Shown in pieces: positions 12,510-23,736 of a stretch of DNA of 33,497 nt. The position numbers were made by a program, and so were the translations under genes. Each line of letters opens with the position of its first letter. Position 1 is the first letter of the stretch. The notes under the pieces are model-generated. The model did no database searches. It was not told the DNA's origin and saw only the letters and a list, made by a program, of their open reading frames with translations. The stretch spans positions 1 through 33,497 of the forward strand of contig RBNJ01000307.1 of NCBI GenBank assembly GCA_003990765.1, read 5' to 3'. This DNA is from Jimgerdemannia flammicorona (Eukaryota).

Positions 12510-14393
12510 ATGGCCTTGCAGAAAGAGAGAATCGTCATTATTGGCTCTGGCAACTGGTATGTACCGATATCCCTGAAAACGCCAATTGCAAAGCCAATAT
12601 TTGCGGCCGTAAGCTAACTCCTCGTAACCACCAACCTCACTCCCAATGCCACAGGGGCTCCGCTATCGCCAAGATCGTTGGCCGCAACATCCAGGCCTTC
12701 CCCGACATCTTCGAGCGGGAGATCAAGCAGTGGGTCTTTGAGGAGGTCATCAACGACGAGAAGCTCACCGATATCATCAACCGCGAGCACGAGAACGTCA
12801 AGTATCCTTTTTGTGCTTGCCTTTGGCGAGCAGCCATAACATTGGTCTGCGTCGTTGGAAAACTGGGGTGTTAGGGTGACGATATTCGGTGGCTTGGCTG
12901 CCGTTGTGATCGAAGAACCGAAAGTAGAGTGGGTAGAATGTACGAACCCATGTTATCCTTAACACTCCTCACCTCGCACCGACTCGCTCCAACAGATACC
13001 TCCCTGGCATCAAGATCGCGGAGAACGTCAAGGCGGTCCCCGACCTCACGGACGCGTGTGAGGGCGCCACCATTCTCGTCTTCGTGCTGCCGCATCAGGT
13101 ATGTGTTTGCTTTGTGATTGTGCGCGTGTCGTTTCTGGGAATCTGTGGTTAATACGCCTCTGCGATGTGTGGGTGCTGTAGTTTTTTGACTGTTGTTTCT
13201 GCTCTCTCGGGTGTTATGATGTGGGTTATAGTTCGCCAAGGGCGTATGCAATAAGCTCAAGGGCAACGTCAGCCAGAACGCGAAGGGCATTTCTTTGATC
13301 AAGGTATGCGAATGGTTTATGAGTTTTATTACGTAGTGACTTGATTCGCTGGGGGGATTGAAAAGGCCGGAACAGCGGAACAATGTGCAAAAGTGATCCG
13401 CTTGCATAACAAAACAAAACCCCTGCTCCCCCTTTTCTTTCTCTCTTTCAACCCATCTCAGGGCGTTGACGTTTCCGAATCTGGCATCGTCCTCTTCTCA
13501 GAGGAGATTGCTACAGCGCTCAACATCCCGATGGGCGTTCTCAGCGGAGCCAACATCGCCAACGAGGTCGCGCTCGAGAAATTCTGCGAGACGACCGTCG
13601 GCTCGCGCATCCCTGAGCACGGCGACCTCTACTTCAAAATGTTCAACACTCCTTACTTCCGCGTCCAGGTTATTCAGGACACCGTTGGCGTCGAGCTCTG
13701 CGGTGCCCTCAAGAACGTCGTCGCTGTTGCCGCCGGTCTCTCCGACGGTCTCAAATATGGCGACAACACAAAGGCTGCCATCATCCGTCGCGGTCTGCTT
13801 GAGATGCGCAAGTTCGGAAAGACTTTCTTCGGCGGTGTCCGTACTGAGACCTTCTTCGAGAGTTGCGGTGTCGCGGATCTCATCACCACGTGCGCGGGCG
13901 GTAGGAATCGTAAGGTTTCGGAAGCGTTTGTCACGTCGGGCAAGGTATGTTATCTTGTGGAGGTGCTGCGAAGGGGAAAGGATAACCGGGGTTGTGCGAT
14001 TGGGTGTTTGTGGGTCTCGAGGCTATGTTGGTTGTACATGATGCTGATTGTGTCCTTTTTCGTATCGATTTCTGTTTGTATAGCCCATTGAAAAGCTTGA
14101 GGCTGAGATGTTGAACGGTCAAAAGCTTCAGGGCACGTCGACGGCGCAGGACATTCACAAGTTCCTTTCCACAAGGGGGATGTGCGAACAGTAAGTATCA
14201 CGCATTCAATTTTGTTGCGATTACGTTGTGCAGAGGTTGGGAATGGGTGATTTGTGCTGGATTTGTGTTGTTGAGCTTCTGGCGCTCACAATCTGTTCCT
14301 CCATTTGCGCAATCCAGGTTCCCTATGTTCACCACTGTCTACCGGATTATCTACGAGGGCCTGCCTTCCTCCAAAATCGTCGAGGATATCTAA
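12510..14393 (+). CDS. GPD1: NAD-dependent glycerol-3-phosphate dehydrogenase, 344 aa; exons 12510-12556, 12655-12801, 12996-13098, 13232-13303, 13462-13944, 14084-14190, 14318-14393
   Basis: [83 protein letters not shown]. Exon lengths sum to 1035 nt, in frame. Confidence 0.97.
12802..12995 (+). other. U12-type (minor spliceosome) GT-AG intron, GPD1 intron 2
   Basis: 5' splice site GTATCCTTTTT, branch box TCCTTAAC at 12956-12963, 3' CAG at 12993-12995. Removal restores the conserved HENVK-YLPG. Confidence 0.9.
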
Positions 14394-15102
14394 GCCACCC
14401 GTTGAAAGGGCAAATCGTAGACCAGGGTGTATAATTTGGAGCCCAAACGTAGATTGTTTTTCAATACACGAGATTTTTACTCATCTGCCTCCAAAAGATC
14501 TTCATTGATTGTACAAATATAAACCCCGTCGTTATTTTTTCTTATTTCCTTCACTACCTGTTATCTGTCTTTATCTCGATCTTCACTGTTCGAAGGAAGA
14601 ATAGAAGAATATTTTTCGAGCACTATCCTTTCCATCTCTCACGCCATGCGATGTCCTCGATACGGCATCGTGCAGACCGTGCTAAACTCCACGTGGAATT
14701 AGGTTTCCCACGGTGTCCTTAAGGACGCGTATCAGTTTCGATCGGAGACATACAGCGCGGCCTGTGCGCGCTGGGATCTGGGTGTGCAGAGGGCAGGGAG
14801 AGGAGTTGGAGCCAATGGAATGGACCAAGCGGTCGCCGATTATCAATCATGTACGGGCCATGAGTCATAGATGGTTGGCAAACCGGTTTCGCGATATATA
14901 TATATACATATATTTCATACAAAGCAGCATATAATTTCGCGATGACTGCATCCGACATGTTTTCGGAGCACAAGATGATCGGCGACCCTGCAACGTCGCA
15001 CCCGACTACCATATGACACGGAAAAATACATTTATGCGCCAACCCCATCAGCACATCAGCGGAGACCCGTGCCGAAGACCTAGACATTTGTAGGTTTTTC
15101 GG

Positions 15103-15138
<36 letters not shown>

Positions 15139-15301
15139 TCACAAAGGTTGTTGGCGGAGCTTGTAGTCTGGTAATATGGTGTCGGGTTTTCTTTCTTGAC
15201 GGTGTAATTGTATGTTATTGAGCCAATGTGCGAGGTTTTGGAAGGCGAGAAAAAGAATTCATGGTGATTAAATATAATTTAGGGCTCCTAAAATCACAAC
15301 A

Positions 15302-15373
15302 AGCAGCGTAGCGCAGAGGAAGCGCGCGGGGCTCATAACCCCGAGGCCGGTGGATCGAAACCACCCGCTGCTA
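15302..15373 (+). tRNA. Initiator tRNA-Met (CAT)
   Basis: Cloverleaf: acceptor AGCAGCG/CGCTGCT with A1:U72, D-stem GCGC/GCGC, anticodon stem CGGGG/CCCCG with loop CTCATAA, T-arm GGTGG-ATCGAAA-CCACC (A54, the eukaryotic initiator signature). A T-run Pol III terminator follows at ~15388-15394. Confidence 0.97.
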
Positions 15374-15754
15374 CAGTTTATATATGTATTTTTTATCCCC
15401 CTATCTATATTCTTACTTTTATACCTTTTATATTATTAATCCAGTAGATTCAATTGTATTTTCATACATATCAAATTCTTGATACGAAAATTCGTAGTAG
15501 TATATTGCAAATACGGATATCCAAACATCTCTGTGGTCTTTCTAGTTGACAAGGAGGACTTCTAAAAATTAAGAAGGATGATATTTCTGACTCATAATCT
15601 CAATGCCACTCCTGCGATGGGAAACAAAATGTTTTTTGTAAAATATCTTCTCTAGGTGACGCGGGCTAAGACCCGTCTTGGACATCTGTGATGACGGAAA
15701 AGGTTGCGAGATGAAGTGGTGGCTTTGGTGAAGAATCTATAACCTCGCACTAAT

Positions 15755-16598
15755 TCATGAATAATTCTTACCGGCATCATTGGATGGTAATATCGCTTTG
15801 CGAAGCAAGTCGTTCCTGGATGCAATCATTAGAGTGTTCGATAACATGTACAGAAACATAGGAGGCATTAGTAAAGAGCAAAAAGCGTAAATGTCAAACC
15901 TTTCCGTGATCATGGAAAATAATGCAGCGCATCACATTTCGGCCTTCTTTCCTTCATTACTATCCTGTTTCCCTCTTGCTCAAGCACCAACTATCTCATC
16001 ACCCTCCCTCCTCCGAGAGCATGGCAAATTATCTATTACCTCTGTTTGAAATCAAGAACCAGTCGGTTTAAGGAATCCATTGACTGAGGTATTACACGTT
16101 CGCCTTGATGCTGTCGAGTCCTGTTATTGGTGCAGCAAGCGACAAAGAGTGACATTAGCTTCACTCTTAACATCGCCGAGTGGATTTCGCTTCCAACATC
16201 GCGGAATGGAGAGTATATTGATCCGAGCGCATTCACAAACTTTCGATAGTACAAACAAAAATCGAAACGGTTGGAACGCACTCCTCTACAGATATCCCCT
16301 CTATAGTCAGCATCATCATATCCGTCGTCTCTCCGCCCATGTTGGTCGACAACGCGGCAGTCGACGACGCGACGGCCTCGACCCGGCACTCGGTAACCTG
16401 GAATAGCGGACTGTAGCTGTCCGCGCCCACAACCTCGGAGCAGGTGTCCGACAGGTCGACAACGATGCAGCCGTCCTTGGGCACCCCACCATCCAGCTCC
16501 TCGTCCTCAAAGACGTAGTGCACCACCGGGTGTCGGTGGGATTGCGCGGTGTGATCCTTGATGACGACGAATTGTGGGATGCTTGGGTTGGAAGACAT
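15755..16598 (-). CDS. Atg31-like autophagy protein (putative), 152 aa; exons 16598-16282, 16120-16040, 15815-15755
   Basis: Spliced product MSSNPSIPQFVVIKDH..HPVVHYVFEDE..CIVVDLSDTCSEVVGADSYSPLFQV..LTIEGIS..SLNRLVLDFKQRNDLLRKAIL.. Motif order matches Atg31 (P.xIxYIFED, VIIVxLD, C-terminal amphipathic helix). Exons sum to 459 nt. The gene model is firmer than the family call. Confidence 0.6.
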
Positions 16599-16971
16599 GG
16601 CGCTGGGGAGGTACGTGCGTTGCTTTTTACGCGAAGAGTAATGGCGACTGCAGTGGGCAGTCGGGTTCTGCGGACTCGCGCCATGTGACGTCTTGGCCAC
16701 GTGTTACAAAGGCTATGACATCATCAAACGTGGTGTCTTATGATTTACAAGTCAATCAAGAACAAAACAGACAGAGGGGATAGGGGAAACGAGAGAGTAC
16801 AACCTCAAACAATCTCTATATAATGGGATATGTACACTCTAAAGGCTCAAATGAGGAAACCAAGGTAATCGCCAAGATGATGGTGAGAAGCCAGAGAGGG
16901 GCTAATCGAAATACCCGAACAAGATGCACACATAAGCAACACGTAAGCTGCCGTGAAACATACCGCGGACC

Positions 16972-17010
16972 AAAAAGAAAAAAAAGAAAAAAAAGAGAAA
17001 AGAAAAAAAG

Positions 17011-17083
<73 letters not shown>
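16972..17083. repeat. Long poly(A)/A-rich tract
   Basis: About 70 consecutive A preceded by AAAAG-type units. The Lys/Phe ORFs here are artefacts. Confidence 0.9.
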
Positions 17084-17085
<2 letters not shown>

Positions 17086-17417
17086 GAGAGGACATCCCCG
17101 TTTCTGATCAATCCAGAAAAGAAACCAGACACAAAAAGATTAACATGATCTAATTGTATGGAGCGAAGCCTTGCCAATGACATATGCTAGAACAAATGTA
17201 TAGCGGGTAACATATGCAAGAGAACGGGGCGGAAAAGGGGAATGTGGACGAACAAGACGAAAGGTACGGTATTAGAATATAGACAATGACGATGAACCTT
17301 TGATCGAACATTAAGAAATGCTAGGTAATGTATGTACTATAAGATGACGAGCATTAAGCTTGATGCTCGAGAGATAAGGTGGAGGTGGACGGCGGGTAAA
17401 GAGGAAAACGTTCAAAG

Positions 17418-17449
<32 letters not shown>

Positions 17450-17714
17450 TTGCCAACATCAATACTGGACGGCAAAGGGGCAAAAAAATGGATTAATTTT
17501 GTGTCAAGGGGAAATTGGAAAAATGTAGGGAGAAACGAAAACAATGAACCGGATACATGATGCGATGTCCTAGGTTGGTTTTATATCGATCATTCCTACC
17601 ATTCTTCAAATATCCCAGCACACGCGGGCAAAAATTGTCTGTTGCTTTACCCATTATTTGCCCCTCCAACTTACCGCCGCCATTGCAAACGTGCGCATCG
17701 ATTCTGGAACGTCT

Positions 17715-20197
17715 TCACTCCGACACAACCATTGCCGGCATCATGAACCTATCTTTCTTATGCTTTTTCTTCTTCTTGATGGACGCCGTCCACGATGGCC
17801 TCCGATCCATCGAGGTATTCGAATGTCGATGCGTCCGGTGCACGTGCTTGTGGTGGTGGCGATGCGTGCGATCTTCCTCCCGCACGGCGTCGTCGTCGTC
17901 CTCAACGTAGTAAACAGGCTGGCCCCTCTCGTCAAACATGTCCGCCGAGCTCTCATACCGCGAACGCTTGTCCCGTTCCTGGTCTCGCTGATGGTGCTTA
18001 TGTTTACGCTTCGCCGATGACGATGAGGACGAAGCCTCAGGTGGTGGTGGTAGGAGCGCTGGCGGGAAGCGGGGGTCCGGGGGTGGGTAGTACGAGTAAA
18101 ATTGATGCGGAGTTGGAACTGGGGTCGGTGAGACTTCCTCGGAGGAGGATCCCCGGATGGATTCCGGCTCGTTATACGACATGTATGAGTCGCCACGGTG
18201 CATGTAAGGCGCGACTGATGTCGATGCCGACGGGGCGTAATAGTCGTGTTCGTAATGACCAGAATCGTAGTACATCTCACGCGGCCGAGATAACTCCTGG
18301 AGCAGCCCGTACTCGTACTCGCGCCCGTCGTACACTGGATCGCGTTCGTAGTCTCCGTAAACGGGCCGCGGCTCGTCCTCCGGCGGGTAGCTATACTGTG
18401 ACTCGTCTTCGTATTCGTATTCAGGTTCTTGTTCCGGGTATTGGTCGTATTCCCTGTCTCGGTCACGGTCGCGATGGCGCCGGTGGCGATGTGACCTATG
18501 TTCCCGGTGATCGAAGGCTGGCGGCTCGTGCATGAGCACCAAGTCGGCGTCGATGTCTTCGGAGGGGAGGCCTTGCGGGAGCGAACGTGTTGGGAGAATG
18601 CCCATCAAGGGATTAAGAGTTAAGGTAATAGTGATGAAGATGACTGGACTTAAATGGACCAAATCAAAAGTGCAGAAACGCATTTCACATTGCGCGAGAA
18701 GGATATTAATCATGAACGGTCTGATATTCGGGACATAATCCTCAGCGCCTTCCTCGTCCAGAGCTGTCTCGGATGTAACTGAATGAACACAGTAGAAACC
18801 ATGCAAAGCCGATTTAACGCCGGAAAAGACAATCGTATAAACACAAAACATTAGTATCAAAGCTTTGCCAACTACCTTTGGGGAACTTGAGTTTGATCAG
18901 CTCATTATGCAATGATGTTATTTTACGTTGAACATCCTCTAACATTGACCTTCGTAAGGCCAATCGACCAAACTACATATCGGAAATCCCGAATAAAGCT
19001 ATTCAGTAACCAAGGGGTTTCTTCTTTTCCTTCTTCTTTTGAAGGGCAGTGACTGCCTCATATAAAACACGATACAATAAAGCAAAACACGATACAATAA
19101 AGCGAATGAAATAACTAAATACCGCGAAATCATCAAACGCTTGCTTCTCAGCTGCGTGAAAGAATTTGCGTGTGGACACCCGAGTATACTCCAGGCGTGT
19201 TTGCGCGATCTGCAGCTTCCGCCGTCGTTTAGTTTCAATGTCGTCCAGCTCCTGACGGAATCCTGGGTGTGTTCCTTCTTCGACCTGTCTTTGCATGGTA
19301 TCTAGTTCAGCCAGTCTGTAAAGACGGAATATGGGATGTCCATAAGTAAATGGGCGATATATTCGCATGAATAAAGTGTGGGAAAGATCCAAAATAGAGG
19401 ATGCCAGGTGGATATGTATGAGAAGGTCTTTACCTCTCCTGTAATAGTGCTTCTCTCCGCGCTTTTTTCTCTTCCCTCGACAGCTTCGGTGCTGCCACCT
19501 CGACTTCGCTGTCGTCGGACTCGTCATATTCGGCGGGGTTCTTGGCCTTCCCTGGCAAGAGCCCGTTTGCCTTGGCCGAAGCTCCGCGACCGCCCTTCCG
19601 CCGCTTAGGAGTGTTGATCGTGTCGGGTGGAGGGGGCTCATTCTCGTTGGGTTCCGCCACGGGCGCAGTCAGTCTAGTGGACTTGCGGCGTCCGCCCGGT
19701 TGGCTTGGGTCCTCCGACGGCTCGGCCAGCGAGGAATCTACGGAGTGCGAGCGCGTGGGCATTCGGAACTCGGTCGCCTCGCCCGATTCGGACACGGGGG
19801 TAGACGATCGTGCGTGCTCCTCTGGCGGTTGTTGTGGGTCCGAGGGACCGGGTGAGACAGTGTTGGTGGTTGACGATTGGCTCGCCCGTCGGTTGGTGCG
19901 GGTATCACGCCGTGCGGTTTGGCGGACGGATGAGGACGTGGACGGCGAGGAGACTGTCGCTCTGGGTGTATTGGCCTGCTCCTGCGTCGGCTGCGGGTCC
20001 GAATCTTGGGTGGGAAGCGGCATGGGAGCTTGTGAATCGCTATCCCGACGAGCAGTAACTGCAGGGACGGGCGTAGAAGGTAGTGGGGGCGAAGGCTGTT
20101 GTGGGGTTGGCAAGGCCTGAGCCGTTGCTCGGGACCGAGTAGATATCCGGGGAGGCTTATTGGGCAGGCTGGGAGACCTCTCAGTCTTTGGCGGCAT
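17715..20197 (-). CDS. Sds3/Dep1/BRMS1-like Sin3-Rpd3L HDAC complex subunit, ~665 aa; exons 20197-19434, 19315-19123, 18972-18876, 18778-18707, 18586-17715
   Basis: Low-complexity P/S/T N-terminus, then an Sds3-like coiled coil (LQERLAELD..EEGTHPGFRQELDDIETKRRRKLQIA..AEKQAFDDFAFGRLALRRSMLEDVQRKI) and a GLPSEDIDADL motif, then a Y/E/H-rich tail ending in KKKKKHKK. Exons sum to 1998 nt. A 5'UTR intron is possible (donor ~20382). Confidence 0.75.
18587..18706 (-). other. U12-type AT-AC intron (120 nt, in frame, stop-free) in the Sds3-like gene
   Basis: On the minus strand: 5' splice site ATATCCTTC at 18706, branch box TTACCTTAAC at 18628-18619, 3' ...CCAACAC at 18587. Both ends are phase 1. The intron translation is hydrophobic and unlike the flanking exons. 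Confidence 0.8.
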
Positions 20198-22232
20198 ACT
20201 GGAAGGCTGCGGTGAGACGGAGAGGGAGAAGGGGGAGAGCTGTGAGTGGTTTTGGGGAGAGGGGGGTATATATGGGGGGAGAGGAGAGGTGCGGAAGAGG
20301 TGCTCAAAGCGAAAGAGCGGAAGGAAATGGAACATGATTTTTCAATCCACGCACACAACGGGCATTGCCTCCCGATACATACCTTCTGTTATCTCGACGG
20401 CGTTCTATGGGGTTTCGGCTGTGCAAAAATCCTGTATTCTGCAAAAAACGACAGTACGTTGTATAGCTCGAGGTATAGTCTATTTTCTTTGTGTTGGTTG
20501 CGGGCAATTTCCGATGGAGTGGAGGGGTTCAAGAGAGGAAAGGGACTGTAACAGCAACGAGCGGACAAATAATCTTGTCACTAATAAGGAAACCACATCT
20601 GTCCTCGCTGACATTTTTTTGATTGGGGACTTTGGCCATGATCATTGCGTCTGAAATCGATGCTTTCCGCGAACCCCCCAACCGACCGAACCCCGCTACC
20701 CATTTTCTGCTTGCTCACACACCTGCGGACCCCGTTCCGCGACCTCCTTGCCCCACCGTGCCTGTTATTCTGCACAACTACCGTTAACTTGCACCTCGAT
20801 ACATACATACCAAGATGGTTTCCTCGCGACCTCCACTGACTGTGCCATGCTATCACATGACATATGACGTGGAAGACAACATGCTTTGACGCGATTCATA
20901 TCGGTAAACGAGTGCTAGAACATCCCACTTTTCAAACATTCCGATTTAAACATAATGTAGTAACAATCGCGAAATCTACTAGCTTGGTTATGCTACGTTG
21001 GGTTACCAAAATATGACCACACTAGCATTTTTAGATCTCTTCAAAGTTATTAGACTTCTCCAAGTTAATGAATACAACTCCCGAGTACAACTAAGACGGT
21101 ATGAAACTTACGCCCACCTCGACACCCGCTTCGTGTTATTCCAGCACAGTGAAAGGGTTTGTAGCCTTGGAACTTGAGCTAACCATGTGACGAGCAAGGA
21201 ACGTGACGTAGTTCTTTTTGGTTTTGCCACGCACTGTTAAGGTATGATTCGTCGGTTCCGTAAGCGAACTTTGTGGGGAAGTATACATGAACGATTGTTC
21301 ACATGTGTGTCACATTACTTGAACTGTTGCCACATGTGCTATGGGCGCATATCATTCATTTTCCAGAAGTAGGTCAACAACCTCTTTGACGTGTGGTCAT
21401 CTCATGGACCTATTCTCCGTACTCTGAACTATCTAATCTAAGATGCCCCAGATCCGAATAATATATGCGTCTATTTTTTTATTAACCGATTCCCAGACCG
21501 GACTGCCCACCTCAACTGCCACGGTTTCGATCCATTTTGGGAACAGCTTAATGAGGGTTGCGCCTCGCCCGTCCCACCTAGCCACCCGTCCTTTAACGGA
21601 AGTGCGATCTCGGTGAATTCACACACGCATTAGTCGATTTCGGTCCTTGTGTATCCCCTGATGCATGCCACGTCAGAACCGCGTCCGTTATTACCATTGC
21701 ATGCCAGCCGGATATCCTTAAACGAGGTACGCCACCCACAAAATGTCCATCCATGCGAGTGATAGCGGTAATCGGTAAGAGTTGAGGTGGCGAGACCGCG
21801 TGAAACTTCATTTATTAGTTCGCCGTCCGGAGATCTGGATTCGGGCTACTTTGGAGACTATATTCCTTGTTTGGGAAAACTTATTGCCCCGACCACACAT
21901 GATATCCAAAAATTTAAGGTGATGTTGGGACACGGGGATGACGTCACATTGTCATTTACTATGTGTCGTCGAAACGAAATTTGAATGAGCATTGCGACAC
22001 TGCTACTATGGTCATCGACTTTGTCGCGGCATCGCTTCGCTATTAGTGACATGTGAATGCAGTTCGGTGTGGTCACGATCCAGGCTTTCTTCCTTTTTTT
22101 TTTTTTTTTTTTTTTTTCTCATTCTTTGGTTTTTGAATGAGGGTTTTCATCTGCAAAGACAACCAATGCCACTCTGTTTATAACTTGTGTTTCCTATAAT
22201 TCCATTCCGTGTTTCTTTCTAATTTGTAATTT

Positions 22233-23580
22233 TCACTTTTCCGCCATGACCGCACATGCAACAGACCCTAACGACATCCTCATATCTTCCCGGTCGACAT
22301 CATGACCTGGAAAAAAAGGGGGGAGGGAGACGCGAAACAAAATAAATAAAAATTAGAGTAAACCAACCCATTCAATAAAATCGCGCAAAATAAGTAAAAC
22401 ACACGTAAGACAACAGAAACAAAGTACTTACTGTCCTCCACCATTCCCCACCTTTGAATCTGTGAATTGACTTCTACCTGCGCAGCTCTCGCCGCCTCTT
22501 CAACCATGACTGCCCTTTTCACCAGCGCTAGCGCGACCAAGAAACTCTTGCTCGTCATGCAGGCCCTCTCGAACGCCGACAGTTCAATCGGATCCATCGT
22601 CTCCAACTCGAGCCTCAGTCGCGCCCTCGTCTCCTCCGGCTGCCGCGTCGCCACCATCCCCGTCGTCACCACAATCTCAATGTTGTGCTCGCGCCGCGCC
22701 CAGTCGAGTAGCGGCACCCAATCCCGCTCCTGCAGCGCCACGAGCGAGTCTGGGTACTCTTGGTGATAAAGAATCGTGTCTGTGTCGAGGTAACTGAGCA
22801 TGCGTGAAATAACTTCAGAGCGGACGGTCGGATCGTGGGTGGTGGCCGGGTGAAAAGCGTCTATGGCGCGGGAGACGAGGGAGGTCTGGTATGGAAAATA
22901 TAAATATACAACAGATCGTTCAGTTGAGATTTGGTGAATTAATAGAGTTCGTCGTACCGATTGGGCAAAGTAGTGAAACTTACCAGCGGCAGCGCGTGCG
23001 GTTTAAGAACTTTTGTCTGAGCATCCCACTCGGCCGCGAGCATCAGCGCCAGAGAACGTTTAGCTTTCGGGATCAACAACTTGTTCAGGCCAGGCGTCTT
23101 GATATGCCTGCCGTCCAACGCGATTGCGTATTGTCCTTTCATATTTGAAGGAGGCTAAATGAGAAAACCGGTAGAACAAAATCAGACGAGCATAGCAATC
23201 ATGTGAATGTACCATCAACCTCGGTTATCGAGGCTGTTTTCCAGAATCGGCGCATTGTTCGTTCAACCCCTAATCACACGAAAAAACAAACAAAAAACAA
23301 AAAAAAAAAACAAAGAAAAAATCAACCAATTAGTTTGAATATATTAAATTAAATACTGAACCAAACTTGGCGCATTCAATGCAAAAATGAACCAATTCAT
23401 ACTCTGCATTTGGGCCTCTTCCGCCGCAACCCCTCCCTGAGCAGCTGCCACTGTCGCCTCCGCTCGCTCCTGTGCAGTCTGGACGCTACTGCACCGTGCG
23501 ACGGATACAGTAAAAGGTCGTAGGGCGGTCAGAACAGCAGGATTGCCACGCAATAGAATTCTCGAAAGCGAAGTGCGCAT
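22233..23580 (-). CDS. ATP12: Mitochondrial F1-ATPase assembly chaperone Atp12/ATPAF2, 5 exons
   Basis: Presequence MRTSLSRILLRG.., then RRFWKTA, IALDGRHIKTPG, LAAEWDAQ..KPHALPL, YLDTDTIL, KSFLVALAL, EVNSQIQRWGMVEDSHDVDRED. An upstream in-frame ATG at 23637 is an alternative start. Confidence 0.93.
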
Positions 23581-23664
23581 GTTTCGTTTGAGGTACCGTT
23601 TTCTTCTGGTCGACCGCGTCAGCCACAAGGACGGCATTTCTGTTTATGTTTAAATAGGTCACGT

Positions 23665-23672
23665 TGATTGGT
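23665..23672. promoter_or_regulatory. CCAAT/HAP-type box (TGATTGGT) in the ATP12-MZM1 bidirectional promoter
   Basis: Matches the TNATTGGT HAP-complex consensus and lies near the middle of the 156 bp between the two ATGs. Confidence 0.4.
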
Positions 23673-23736
23673 CAAAATTTCCCGATGGCTGCTCAAACGA
23701 AACTATGCTGAGATTCATTCAAACAACGCATCCAAC

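Noticed and set aside
14391..14434. Cryptic peroxisomal PTS1 on GPD1 via stop readthrough or alternative splicing
   Set aside because: The stop is TAA-GCC, not TGA-CTA. Readthrough gives ATR* and the other frames end in QGV* or DLH*, none SKL-like.
16823..17544. Poly-Lys and poly-Phe ORFs
   Set aside because: Translations of homopolymer tracts. Tract length may also be an assembly artefact.
17795..20120. Long antisense or alternative-frame ORFs over the Sds3-like gene (and similar ones over RPN2, GPD1 and the F-box gene)
   Set aside because: Shadow ORFs produced by GC-rich codon usage on the coding strand.
21712..21724. ATATCCTTAAAC, resembling a U12 donor or the 5' end of U12 snRNA
   Set aside because: Not inside any supportable gene, and the U12 snRNA GUAAGGA branch-pairing segment and Sm site are absent.
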